A program made the translations under genes and the position numbers. The notes under the pieces were generated by a model. The model was not told the DNA's origin, did no database searches, and worked only from the letters and a program-made list of their open reading frames with translations. Below, piece after piece: positions 1 through 13,483 of a stretch of 64,000 nt of DNA; the first letter of the stretch is position 1, and every line of letters starts with the position of its first letter. Origin of the DNA: Proteromonas lacertae (taxonomy: Eukaryota); NCBI GenBank assembly GCA_002245135.1, contig NGBS01000317.1, positions 1-64,000 of the forward strand, read 5' to 3'.

Positions 1-788
1 TCCATCTAATTTAGAAAGAAAATGGTATTCAATAATAAAATCACATCAGATTAATTCAGTTGAAGAATATCTGTTTTATTTGACAAATATGAAGATAAAA
101 TATCATCTTTGCTTTCTTCAATTAGAAAATGTTTATCAAATAGAGGATATTCTTGTTATAATGATGATTTTTCTTATTTTATATTTGATATTAATGGAAT
201 GATTGAGAAAGAATATATTGAACAATATTTGGTGTTTTTTCAATTCATTATCAACTTTATCAAGATTATGTTTATGAAGATATATTCAATCAACACTTTA
301 TTATTCCTTCTCATAGAAACTCAAGAGAGAATCCAATAGTATATTGATACAGATGCTTCATATTTCACCATTTTAACAAACAAAAACAACAATTTGAAGG
401 AGTTAATCAGAGGTTTATTTACAATATTTATCATGATAAAATGAGAAGTTATTTCAAACAATGGTTTTTATTTGATGAAAATATTCACAACAATACAAAC
501 ATTTATAATCATTTACCAAATTCTCTCATTCCTATTTATCATTATTTCAATATCAAACCAGATTTATCATCATCATCTCTTCTAAATCCACTCAATCTGT
601 TGAAGAAATATAATGATGATGATAATTATTTAATTCTAAAGATGAATATTTCACAAGGAATAGATAAACATTTGTTTCATAGAATCAAACATGATAAAGG
701 ATTAAAAATGAATGAACTATTCTTAACTTACACTCCTTCAACTCAAATTGATAATTTAAATGTATTTACATTTTATTCATTTTATTAA
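1..788 (+). CDS. 3' part of a hypothetical protein, possibly a degenerate SAM-methyltransferase-like (FkbM-related) fold
   Basis: Coding-like frames enter from the window edge. Motifs YFKQWFLFD, YHYFNI, NPLNLLK, YLILKMNI and NELFLTY. Several frame breaks in homopolymer/dinucleotide runs (about 63, 345, 365). Confidence 0.4.
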
Positions 789-1002
789 TAGTTTTCTCAA
801 ATTCTCAACAAATGTTAGATTTAATGAGAGATTTGATTTATTTAAGACAAAAAGGAATAAGAACTCACATCTCTTTATAATTTATTTTTAATATTCTACA
901 TTTGGGTGATTAAACAATAAACAACAAATATAGATAAACACAAATTTTAGTTTATAATTTGTTTAGTAATTCATAAGATTTCATTATACATTCTTCTAAT
1001 CA

Positions 1003-2595
1003 TCAATAACTATATTCTCCCTTTTTATCTATTTCTTTTTCTCTTTCATCTCTATTTGTTTTTATAAAATATATTTATATTATTATATATACAATTTATA
1101 ACTTGAATAATACTTTGGTGGTGTTAAAAATGATTCTATTTCATTCATTTCTTCACATTCACCTTCCATCTTCTATTATTGGTGTTTTATTCTCATTTGT
1201 CTTTATATTTATCTTACTCAATTCTTTCATCATTTCTTGAGAGGATTTATCTTTATAAGAAACATAATATTGTGGTTTTAAACATCTCAGAATTATCAAT
1301 TGATTCATTCTGTAATTCATTTGGAGAGATTATTTTGTGATTGTTTAAAATGTTGTTATTCTCTATTCTCCTTTTATTTTTCTTTATCCAAATCTTTTGA
1401 ACTGAATTTACATTCATTATTGAAATAACTTGGCCTTTGATAATAAGATTTATCTAATTATACAAATATTATAACAATTATACGATGATATGAACATGAT
1501 GTTATTCTTTTCTAATAAATAATAAATGATAAAAAATATATATACTGGTTTGGGTGAGATATATGTTTTTATTACACTTTCATCATCTCCTTCATTTTCT
1601 TCTTCAAAATGCAATGTATCAATATAATTAGAATTTGTATTTGGAATTTGAATATTGTCACAAATCATTTCAGATTAAATAATTGAATATAACATCTCTT
1701 TATTGAATTTATCATTGCATTTAATCGATTCTTTGGATTTTCATATTCATATTTATTCTTATAAATTCCTCGACCAAATATTATCAATGATAGATGTATT
1801 AGAATATTCACAAAATTATTAAATGAAATTGATAATGATGGTATTTTTAGGCTTTTTCAGATAATGAGGTGTTGAATAATCTATTCTATTCATTATTATT
1901 ATTATTATTATTATACAATTCATTCATTATTTTTACTTTATTAATATCTGTATTATTTACATTATATTCTATTATCTTTATTAATTCTTTATTTCTTATA
2001 TGCAATGGATAAATTTCACTTTTATTCAGAATATCTTCAAATTGATGTATTGTTAATTCAAAATTGGCTTTCATATTGTTTTTCTATTTGATATACCATT
2101 CTAATTATATTCATACTGTGTAATATTTATATATTCTTCTTAACCAGATTTATATCTTTCCATTTCAGGTTTTAATACACTAATCATTTCACAAGAATTT
2201 TGGAAGAGATTTAATGAGTTTAATAATGGTGATAATGAAGATTCTATAAAGCGAGAATATGGTTGAATATCATGTTTATATTTCATTCTTGCTAGTTCTT
2301 CGATTGATTCATAAAAGCCACTGTAAGGAATTGATCTATGATTATTGCCTTCTAGAGCATATTTTGAGGATTTTTCAAGGAATATATTTTCTATTACTTC
2401 TGAATTCATGAATCCACAGTCTTGAGCAAATCTGTCAAAGTCTTTCCAGTACATTACACGCAGATTATCTTCTCTTCTCTCTTTAGCATAATAATTAAAC
2501 AATTCAAATGATATTTTAACCAAAGAATTGAATTTATTCATTTTAAATTTAAAAATATTCAAACAAGAATCAAGCGTATTTTCATTATTTCTCAT
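1003..2595 (-). CDS. Multi-exon hypothetical protein with an N-terminal p25-alpha/TPPP-like region
   Basis: ATG at 2595. MYWKDFDRFAQDCGF...IFLEK...RSIPYSGFYESIEELARMKY resembles p25-alpha. ORF pieces 2140-2595, 1886-2074 and 1450-1668 are separated by short intron-like gaps. 3' end is approximate. Confidence 0.5.
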
Positions 2596-2667
2596 TTATT
2601 CGTGATGTAATAGTTTATCACTAAAACAAAAACTCTATACATTATTAATATATACCATTAATCCATA

Positions 2668-4071
2668 TTAGTAGATTAAATTTACATTTGGATAAGAATC
2701 ATGAAATTGTTTAATTATATCCTCTGAAATACTATTATCCTTTATATTAAGATCTTTTACATTAGACAACTCACTCAAATGTAAGCACAATTCAGTCAAA
2801 CCTGATTCCGTCAATCCACAACTCTCAATTTCAACATTTTCTAACATTTTGAGATTACTAAAAGAATTAATCAAATATCCTAATCCTTCATCATTAAATG
2901 GATTAAAACACAATTGTAAATGTTTAAGATTTATTAGAGTTGATAAATTTTCACTCAATTTTTCAATCCCTTTCTCCGGAATAGTGTTGTGGTTTAAATT
3001 CAAAGTTTCTATCATTGGCATGTGTAATAATACATTACATAAATATGGAATACCTATAATACACATTTGTACATCTAATATTAATATATAAATATTATAT
3101 ATATATATACTTTTCAATTTGAATGTCTTTAGACATGGAAAGGAAAATAATTGTGAACTTAAATAACACATTCCTCCAGTAAAGAATGATAAATCTAACA
3201 TAATTATTATATATATATATAAATATACTAGACATATTTAATTCTTCTAAATTATAATATTCTTGTAATGGGCTTAAGCTATTACTATCATCAACTTCTG
3301 GATTTTCACTAAAATTTAAATACTCAATCTTATATGGATATAAAACCGAAGATAATAACATATTTAATGAATATGAAAACAAATTTGTATCTTTTAAATT
3401 AAAGTATTTTAAAAATGTAAAAGTCTTCAAACTTAATGACAAATCAATAATATCTTCATTATTAAAATGATTTCCAGAAAAATTAAGCGCAGTAATAAAA
3501 CGAAAACTATCAAAATAAGTTGAGAAATTTGAGATTATTCCACTTGAAAAATTATTTTCTATTTTTTATAAAACAATATATATAAGATACTTTCAAATGA
3601 AATTTCATAACCATCATTAATACCATTTATAAATGTATTTGTTGTAGGTCTTAGCTTCAAATATGACTGGATTCTTGCTTTGTATTTCGGTTCTTCAAAA
3701 CACATTAATATTGGTAATATAGAATCTGTCAAATTCTTATCTTTATTACATTCATATAAAACTCTAATAAATAATTTATAATTTCTAGTAATATGCCTTA
3801 TTAACACTCTATTTTTGATTTGAATATTATTCTTTATTAACGATAATGGATAATAAGCATCAGCTAATAATGAAGCTAATATTACATCTGTAAATTCTAA
3901 TGATTGTTTAAATATTTCTTCATTCATTTCTTTTTCTTCTTTTCTCGACTTCCATCTATTGATGATTGACATAGTGAAGCAAATAAATTACAACAAATTA
4001 TTGTACAATTTGAGAAAGATGCTTTTGAAGCTGATTTATGTTTATACCTGTATTTACTCATATACATTGTA

Positions 4072-4111
<40 letters not shown>

Positions 4112-5007
4112 CAATATAATATACATTTCAATTCAATTAGTAATTCATTTGCTAATAACCGTGATTTTTGTGTTTTTCTTAACAACTTTGATAATAAATT
4201 ATTGATTGAACAATGCTTTATTTTATTATATTTTCCAATATGTATTTTTTCTAATAAATCTTTTGCATTAGCTGCATGGAATGGAGGAACTCCTCCACTA
4301 AAAATATAATATAATAAACAACCGACACTCCATATATCAGTTGATTCATCAAACTCTTTTTCTCTTAATATTTCTGGACTTTGGTAATTATTGAAATGTT
4401 TAATAAGTAAATAAGGTAATAAGCCATACCCTGTAACTAAAACTAAGTTATCATCCATAAAATTATCACATCTTAAGATTGAGGATGGTGATATATTACC
4501 ATGAATTATTCTATTATCTGCAAATGCAGTTAATGTTGTTACAATCTGGATAGATAATTTATAACGGTAAGAATCTTCAATTTCCATCAGTTTCAGTGTA
4601 GCTATTGACCCCTGTGTTACATACGGTGAAAATAGAAGTAATGCATTATATTTATCAAAGTAGAATGGGTATATTTCACAGATGTGAGGAAATTGTCTAC
4701 AAGTAGCAGTAAGATCAATCTATTCATCATATAATTATATTTTTATATATATCTTATACATAATGACATATGGTAGATGTTTTTAAGTGGTTGGTAGAAA
4801 TGTGAGTAATGGTTTGAAGTAGCGATGTCTCAGTGTTTCTAACTAAATATAAAGTAGAGTTGTCCTTTTTTCCAAGTGAAGAAATAATCTAAAATACAGT
4901 AAAAAATTTAATACCTTATAACCAAGATTCTTTTCAAATGTTTCCTATAGATATGATAATCAATATATTATTTATACAAATGTAAACTTAGTGGGAATAT
5001 CAGTCAT
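2668..5007 (-). CDS. Pseudokinase + helical module + ribonuclease-inhibitor-type LRR protein
   Basis: ATG at 5007; 5' exons splice in frame into ORF 4111-4587. Kinase C-lobe motifs YQSPE and TDIWSVG are present, but HRD is HGN, DFG is TGYG and there is no VAIK Lys. C-terminal LxxLxLxxNxI 28-aa repeats. Confidence 0.8.
4074..4108. repeat. (TA)n microsatellite inside an intron (representative)
   Basis: Long TA run; similar intronic runs near 10915, 13436, 42325, 55354, 57879, 58387 and 60198. Confidence 0.85.
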
Positions 5008-5152
5008 CTCTTTTCAAAAAGAAAAACACAGAATGGGTGTCCCAAAATGTTTTGGGACTAGTAATAAAACCCCTAAAAAGACAAAATACAATAGAGTGTA
5101 TTAACAAAAAAATACAATTAAATCCAACATTTGTTATATTGTAAATTGAAAA

Positions 5153-6498
5153 ATGACAACTTCATCTAACGAAATTCAATTGCAATTGAAACAACCATTA
5201 GTAGAAGAAAAGTGCAAACAAATATCACCTGACGAAATTCCAACTCAAACTGAACAAGATGCAGCAAATCTTGCTAATATGTATTTTTTATATTTTATTT
5301 TATTTATTTAATGAATAGTCAAAGAGTTAGAAAATCACAAAAGAAGTTTATGTTGGTAATTACTTTGAATATAATTTACATAATTGCTCAAATCATTGGA
5401 GGTCTTTTATCCAACAGTTATGTATGTTATTATTATTTTATATTTTTTATTTTATAGGCAATTGTGGGTGATGCAGCTCATGAATTTACTGATTTAACAG
5501 GTTATGTGATTTCTCTTATATCATTATGTGTTAGTTTAAGACCAGCCAATAAGAAATATACCTTTGGATTCTATCGATTCGAAGTACTTGGTTCAATATT
5601 AGCTGTATTAGTGATGTGGGTATTTGTTGTTGTTTTAATCTATGAAGCAATTGAAAGATTCCGAGATCTTGATAGTTATGAAGTGACTGGTTATTTAATG
5701 TTTATATTTGCAATATTGGGTATTTTATTTAATGGAACATTTGTATTTATATTTGGACATAATCATGATCATGGTGGTGGTGGCCATTCTCATTCACATG
5801 GACATGATCATAGTCACAATCACAAACATGAAGATGAACATAATGAACATCAACACAATGAACATGAACATGATCATAATGAAGAGAAGAAAGAAGAAGA
5901 ATTAGAATCTCAACCTCACACAATGATAAATACTGGAGAAGTTCAACAAGCAATAGATTCAAAAGAAACAACGACAACAAGTGAAGTAAAACAACCAGAG
6001 AATAAAGTAAAGAAGTTTTCAGTTGATTTAAATGCAGCAGCTGGTCAATTAAGCGCTAGTATGGATGTATTACAGAGTTTAGGAATTGTAATAGCTTCAA
6101 TAGTGATATGGATTGAACCAAAAGCTAAATGGCTTGATCCAGCTTGTAGTTTATTCTTTGCAGTAACAGTGTTAATAGCGAGTATGAGAAATATTTGGAG
6201 AGCATTAATGGTATTAATGGAATCTGTTCCAAGAGGTATAAATGTGCATGAGATAACGAATGATTTAATGAAGATAAATGGAGTAGAAAGTGTTCATGAT
6301 CTTCATATTTGGTCACTTACTGATGGTGTTCCATGTTGTACTGTTCATTTAGGAGTAAATCCTGGTGCTTCTGTTTGTAGAATAATGGATGAAGCTTATA
6401 AATATTTCAATGATACAGGTATAACTCACTGTACAATACAATGTGAACATCTCTCTCATATGTTATATTGTGCTCATGAATGTAAAACTGAGAAGTAA
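5153..6498 (+). CDS. Cation diffusion facilitator (SLC30/ZnT/MTP-like) metal transporter
   Basis: DAAHEFTD, YTFGFYRFEVLG, His-rich loop, DPACS and VHDLHIWSLT. Two short 5' introns; ATG at 5153. Confidence 0.93.
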
Positions 6499-6814
6499 AT
6501 ATTGTTAATAAATTATATTATTATTATTATTATATTATGTTTTGGTTGTGTTAAATTATATTATTATTATTATATTGATTCAATAAAGCAAACATGAAGA
6601 TAAGCTTCATTTGAACATATACTCTACTATTTACTCTTATATTATAACCATTATATAGATTATATTATTATGAACATATCGTTAATGTATTTTCATTATT
6701 GTAACATTTTTTATTTCATTTTTATTAAAACAGAATCAAGCTTTTTAAAAAGTAATTCAAGCTTATATGATGAAAAAAACTTACACAAACATACATAGCA
6801 TAAGTAATATATGT

Positions 6815-8939
6815 TCAATTTTGTTTGGATACTGACAATAGTTCAATAGCTGTATTTTGTCTATAAACATCAATATATGAATATAATGGAGAAGGTAAAT
6901 CTTTAACAAGCAAAACAGGAAATGAATCATTATGACTAATCCACCATTCTCTTTTATTCATATCAACAATTACTTCATAAATTGAATAATATCCACAATT
7001 ACTAAAATTTGGATTTTTACTAACGATTGTTCCAATATGACAATATCTAGTGATATCTTGACTGTTACCATTGTATGCATAATAATTACATGTTGCTGAT
7101 TGATTGTAAAGAGGATTGCCAGAATATGTATTATCAGTTGATAATCCTATCATTATTTCATTGTGATTATCTGATTGATTTTGATGATGTTTATATTTAA
7201 AATTATAAACTCCTTTCTCCATTTTCAAATTCAAATAACAATGATTCCAATAACATCCTTGTGTATTTGTCATTAGTTTTCCATTATTTGATATAGTTAT
7301 TCCACCATTCTTATTTAAGTCTGTGAATATAATTTTTAAAAATTCTAAAGATATTCTGAATTTCTTTTCATTTTTTGAATTTCTACATGTTATTTCATAT
7401 TCTTTCTTATTTATTTCCCTTTCAACTTTCCCATGAATTTTTCCACTATCTTCATCTAATATTAATCCATCTGGTAAAAAAGGATTTATTGAAAATTTAC
7501 ATTTATTTCCATCAAATGAAGGAATTATTGATAATTCTTCATTTAATCCAAATAAATATTCAGATTGAGGATAAGAAAATGATGTGATTTCTTTCACTTT
7601 TAATTCTTTTATCAATTCTTTGTTTACTATTATTCTACTCATTTCTTCTTCTTCTTTTAAACTCAATTTCATTTCTTGAATATATTTTATCAATATTTCC
7701 TTTGATTTGGAATTTAAATAACACTCATTGTTTAAAATTCTATACAAAATTTCTTTTCCACAAATACATTTTATTGAAGAGATATATTCATTATCATCAA
7801 CAAACAAACATAAACATTTTAATGTTCGATTTCTTTCATTTTCTCCATACTCATATAATAATCTTCTTAACAGTTTATTCTTCATTTTATCAGGAATTAT
7901 TTCTGATATTTTCATTTTTATTATTATGATCAATACTATTTCCACCAATTTAGTATCTTTATCACATAACAATCTTATCATATCTTTTTTTACTTCATTT
8001 TTATTCAGAATTTCAATATCATTTTCACTTAATTTTATATCATCTACTTCTTCGATATAATATTCTTGAACAATTCTGATTAAATCTGTGTTTGATATTT
8101 CTTTTACTTTTATGCAAATATAATCACTTTTTTTATTAAATATTTCTATCTTCAATTCTTTTAATATACTTAAATTTTCTTCTATGATTTCTTCTTTGTT
8201 TATTACATTTAATGGAATTCTTTCTTTTAATGTGGATGTAAATTCATTTATTTCTTCTTCATTATCATCTTTACATTCTTTTAATACCATCCTATACCAT
8301 TTCAATAATCGATTTAATAACCAAGTTTCATCTATTATTATCAACTTTTTATTATTCAAGATGAATTTTAAAGCTTTTAAATTCAGTTTTAATAACAATT
8401 CATCTAAATAAACACAATTATAAATAATTATACCATCAGATATATATTTAAATCCATTTAGTTTTACATATTCTTCACTTATATCATGCAATTCATTCAA
8501 ACTGTCGATATTTATATCATTTAACATTTCGAATATTTCGATCATTATATCATCACTTAAATGATTCTTTAAATATCTCTTACAGATTCTCATTATGCAA
8601 TTATCATTGTAATACACACTAAACCTCAATATATCACAGATATTACTCTCATTTAACTCCATACAACCTCCACTGTAGTATTTTTCTATCTCTAAAAATG
8701 AATTTATTTCACATTTTTCAAACAGCTCTAAGACTCCATTACTTTTATCATCCATCAATAACTTCTTGATTGTAGAATTTCCATTCATTAAAATACTTTT
8801 TATACAGGTTACTTCTTCATTTCCTATTTTAACTGTAATATCACCATAACCATTATTCACAAGGATTCGACTTAATCTACAAATCATAATATTATCATTT
8901 ATACCCATTTTGACCTATCTCATTATCAATTACTTTCAT
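6815..8939 (-). CDS. BTB/BACK-helical-putative Ig (He_PIG-like)-SPRY-like protein
   Basis: GDITVKIGNEEVTCIKSIL (BTB), ETWLLNRLLKW (BACK), FSINPFLPDGLILDEDSGKIHG (putative Ig) and a C-terminal beta-rich SPRY-like region. Start is either 8939 (via a 19-nt intron) or 8908. Confidence 0.75.
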
Positions 8940-9337
8940 TTTAGCAAAATATTATTTTTGGAACAGTTTTTAAAATAGATTCGTTTCATTTTTCATTCAA
9001 ATCAGTTACATCGAATAAAATAAGAATGAGATATGTTATGAATAAATGTAATTATGGAATAATGTTAGTGAGCATAAATTCAATGAAATATGTGAATTTT
9101 GAGTAAAACAAAAAAATATAAAAATATAATAGAATTAAACATAAAGACCAAGTAAACCATCAATACCTCCACTCAAAATCATATTTTTCTCAGGAATACA
9201 ACCTAAACAATGAATTGATTCACTTCATTTAACGAGATATAAAGATAGGGCTAAAAATCACATCACATTAAACAACTCAACAAATAATAAAAATATATAT
9301 TAAAAAAAAAAGAATAAAAACGAAAAGAATTAAATCT

Positions 9338-9879
9338 TCATTTCATCTCAAAAACCCACAACTCTACATCTATACACTGAAAGAAATCACTCGATGATAA
9401 AATACCACAATCAAATGTATCACTATTACCACTTGTACCTCCATCCATATTCCCATCTAAATAAAAAGCACTACTTGTTCCACCACCTACACCAATATGA
9501 CTATAACTAGAATACATAAAAAAATCATTCTTTTTTGTCCAATGATATATCTTAAATTCAGGTATTAATTGAAAAACAAAACATTCACCATTTCCATAAT
9601 ATCGACTATAATTCATCCACTGGCAAGATGCAAAACAACCAAATACATTACCTCCATCATCCTTAACAATTAATAATGATTTATTATATCCTTCATTTAA
9701 TCGATAAAATGTATTTAATGAACAACCATCTACTGATAATTTATATTGTAATTTCATATTATATCCTTGACAACATTCAGGAATTTCTTTTTCTAATAAT
9801 TCTGCATATTTATCTGTTAATAATAATTTGTCATATTCATAATCTTTCTTTGGTAAATATAACAATGAACTTGGATTTA

Positions 9880-9910
<31 letters not shown>

Positions 9911-12333
9911 TTCATTTGGAGATGTAACAGAATGAGGTGTATCAATAGTAATAGGTAATGGAGCGTTTAAACATTCAGCCGAAAGTGAAAAATTCCTTAA
10001 TTTATTATATTCTTTTCGACTTTCCATTGAATAATATTTAGGAATATAATCTACTCCATAGATTGAGAATTTTCGAGAATTTTGTTTATTTAATTTTTCT
10101 AAATCAAACACAGGAGTGTTATAATTTTTATTCAAACTTTCTTTGATTTGTGAAAGTGTAAATTTTTCTCCAAATTCTTTGGTGACTAGAGTTCCACTTC
10201 GATTATAATAATTATTCAAATCTTTATGTAATTCTTCAAATGAAGTAGCTAATGTTTTAAAATTAAAATCATTTTTATTTATATTATGACAATTATAAAT
10301 CGTCAATATAAATAATCTCTTTAATTCTTTCAAACCTTCTTCAAAATCAGTTAATTGTAACTTTGTTTCAATCATTATTAAATCCATTAATAACAATGCA
10401 TAACTATATAATTTACTAAATACTCGAGGATCATCACATAACAACCAATAAGGAGTTTCACCTAATTCTTCACCATTAAATACACCATTGTTATTATTGT
10501 TATTGGATAAAAAACCTAATAATTTTGCCAACATATGAGTAATATTCAATCCAACAATGGCAAATGGATATTTATCAGTGTTTTGTGTTAAAATTCTTTT
10601 CAATTCATAATTATAATTATCACCAAAATATACCAAGTTTTCTAAACCTAAACATCCACTTTCTCTAAAATCTGTTATTGGATTTGTTTGTTGAAAACCT
10701 ATCCGTTTCCATAATTCACTTTCTTCGCTAAAAGGATATTTATCTATAGTTGCATTTTCTCCATTTTCTATTGATATTTGTAGAAGTACAATTGATTTCC
10801 ATATTCTCTTAAACAATGGTTTGTATGTATCATTCATTGAGACTGTTTCATTATAAAGTGAATAGATTCTTTTGATTGTATTTAATTTGATTGTCAATAT
10901 TTGCTATAGTTAATATATATATATATATATATATATTATACTTGTCTACTGATTCTTTCTTCTCTTAATGATTTTGTAACATCATTTTTAATCAAATCTT
11001 CAAATATTGTTTTAATCATTTTAAAAGGTCCAATATTCTTCATATCATAATTTTCTGGTAAATTCAAACGAAATAAAACATTTGTAAACATCGAAGCTAA
11101 TTGAGATTCAGCACAATTATTAAATTCTTTATTTTCAGGTAAGAGCAGATCATGGCAAAATGAAATAATATATTCCAAAATAGTTCGGTTTGGTATTTTG
11201 ATATTTTGTATTTGATTCAATAAACTACTGTGATAAGATGTAGTATTTCTCATAAAATATATAAACATTAAAGCTTCAAAGGATTCTTGTGTGATTAATG
11301 GAGATGTAACATTTTTTAGAAAATACAAAACTATACCACTTATTTGATATGGATTAACTTTAGATTCATCGAATTTGTGGTTGACAATGTAGTTATCAAT
11401 GATATTATCTAATTCGCTGACATTATGTGCTTTTTTGAATATATCTGGTGTTTTCATATGATGGCGAAGGTAATCAATAGAATCATACAAAATATCAGGA
11501 ATTGAAAGAAACGGATCTAATTTTGCATTTTTGGAATATTTACTAAATGATGTTAATGTAGGATAATCTATTTCCATTGGATTGTTTTTCATTGATTTAT
11601 ATACTGTTTTGATTGATGTCCATAGTGTTACTGCTGTTGATATCACCCCTGAGAGTAAAGATCCACTATTATCAGTTATTACTTCTAAATCATTGATTGA
11701 TTTTGTGGTATTTTCTTGATATAATAGCTGCTGTTTTTCTATAGATAAATTGATATGAATGGGTATCACTATTTTTAAGATTTCACTTAATTCACTTAGA
11801 AGGTCTGATCTAAGTAGGAAACTATAATCACAGTAGTATTCTGATATGACAGCCAATGATAACGTTCGAGTTGTAGCTGTTATAAAGCTACAATAGAGAT
11901 TACTATTCAATAACAACCTTATGAAACTCTTCTCTTTAAAATCATGTTCCTATCAGTGAAATAAAATAACAATATAGAGAATTATACCTTGTATGTTGAA
12001 TCAGCTTTATTAAAACACTCTTCAAATTGATTTTGAGTTCTACACAAACGACAGATAAAAGACCATAAAGTTTTGTTCGTTATAAGACCGTGGTACAATA
12101 TGTTTTGTAGAGAACATACTAATTCTCGTAGTGTAAGAGATTTATCATCCACGACATCTAAATTCTGAGAAGTAACCTCTTCTGATAGTTGATGTGTGTA
12201 TTGATAAACATTATACTATAAATGATAAATTCTTCTATACAAGAAAAGTAAATCTTTCTGAAGATGTTTGTATTTGGAATTGATGGTCTTTTAAAAGTAA
12301 TGAATCTGACGATTCACTCCTAAAAAACGACAT
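9338..12333 (-). CDS. RUN-RhoGAP-like-ELMO-TLDc multidomain protein
   Basis: Spliced N-terminus LQNILYHGL...LWSFI...FIRLLLN...EYYCDYSFL (RUN). PLIT/LASMFTNVLFR (RhoGAP). WKRIGFQQTNPITDFRESGCLGL and YPFAIVGLNIT (ELMO). DGCSLNTFY, YYGNGECFVF and DVELW (TLDc). Confidence 0.85.
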
Positions 12334-12426
12334 GGTTATTCAATTGAAGTTTAAAAATCTTTTGGAAGTGTGATGTAAATTTTGACTTGTCAATTACATT
12401 GATTTTTTTTTTTTAATAATAGGAAG

Positions 12427-13452
12427 ATGAAAAACGATGTAATTCTTCAGTTGTGTAAAACTCTTTCAAAAAGATGTATATTATATATTTTATTTCATAT
12501 AGGTCTTAATACACCGAAATTATTTGAAACTGCTCCAGACAAAGGAATATCTACACTATTAGCAACTCAATTAAAATCTGGTATTTGCTGAATATATATT
12601 GTATTATTATAGGCAAGACTGATATTCTGAAGACAATGGATGAGACTGTGATGGGATCATGTTTTATGTTCCATCTAGCTGGTCTAAAAGCATCACTGAT
12701 AAGTTATGAACTACTAAAATGTAAAATGACAAATTTCACTGTAGATGTTGCTAAAGAAATACTTTCTTATTCATCACCTAGAGCATTGACTTATATCGAA
12801 AATATATTGAAATTACTCCAAGAACTAGCTTCAGAGAATCACAAGAATGGTTATAATACAAAATCGCTTTTATCACTATTTGCTCCATTATTATGTAAGC
12901 CGTATGTAAAATGTAAAGAAGATTCATTCTCATTGGCTAAAGAAGATGTATAGTTAATTATTAATTTTATTATTTCTTTAGATTGAAACTTTTTTATCTT
13001 TTATAATGGAACATTTGAGTGAAATATTTCCTGTATATTTTATATTTCTTTATATCTTATATTATTATTTAGGAAAAAGATAAATCAACAATAAAACACT
13101 CAAAATACGATGAAACAATCTTAATAGCCATCACCAACATCATAACTAATGAAAATAACAATAATAAAGAAGATGATAATATCTTACCTCCATCAAAGAT
13201 ATTATTATATTATAGAAGTAGAGATAGAAAGTGTAGTGAATTAAAAGACTATACAGAAGTACAAGATGATTTGTATAAGAAGATATCCAATTATGAGAAG
13301 TTATATAAAGAAGAATTTGGAGTTAAACCGTCTGTATATTTTTTTATTTAACTATTTTGTGTATAGGAAAAAGAAAGGATTCCTGTTGGTGATATTTATC
13401 ATGAATATGAAGAAATTACTTCACAAATATATAGTATATATATATATATATA

Positions 13453-13483
<31 letters not shown>

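Noticed and set aside
1..440. Multiple frame breaks suggesting a pseudogene or recoding
   Set aside because: All fall in homopolymer or dinucleotide runs, typical of consensus errors; the same applies near 14460, 17110, 46389 and 54448.
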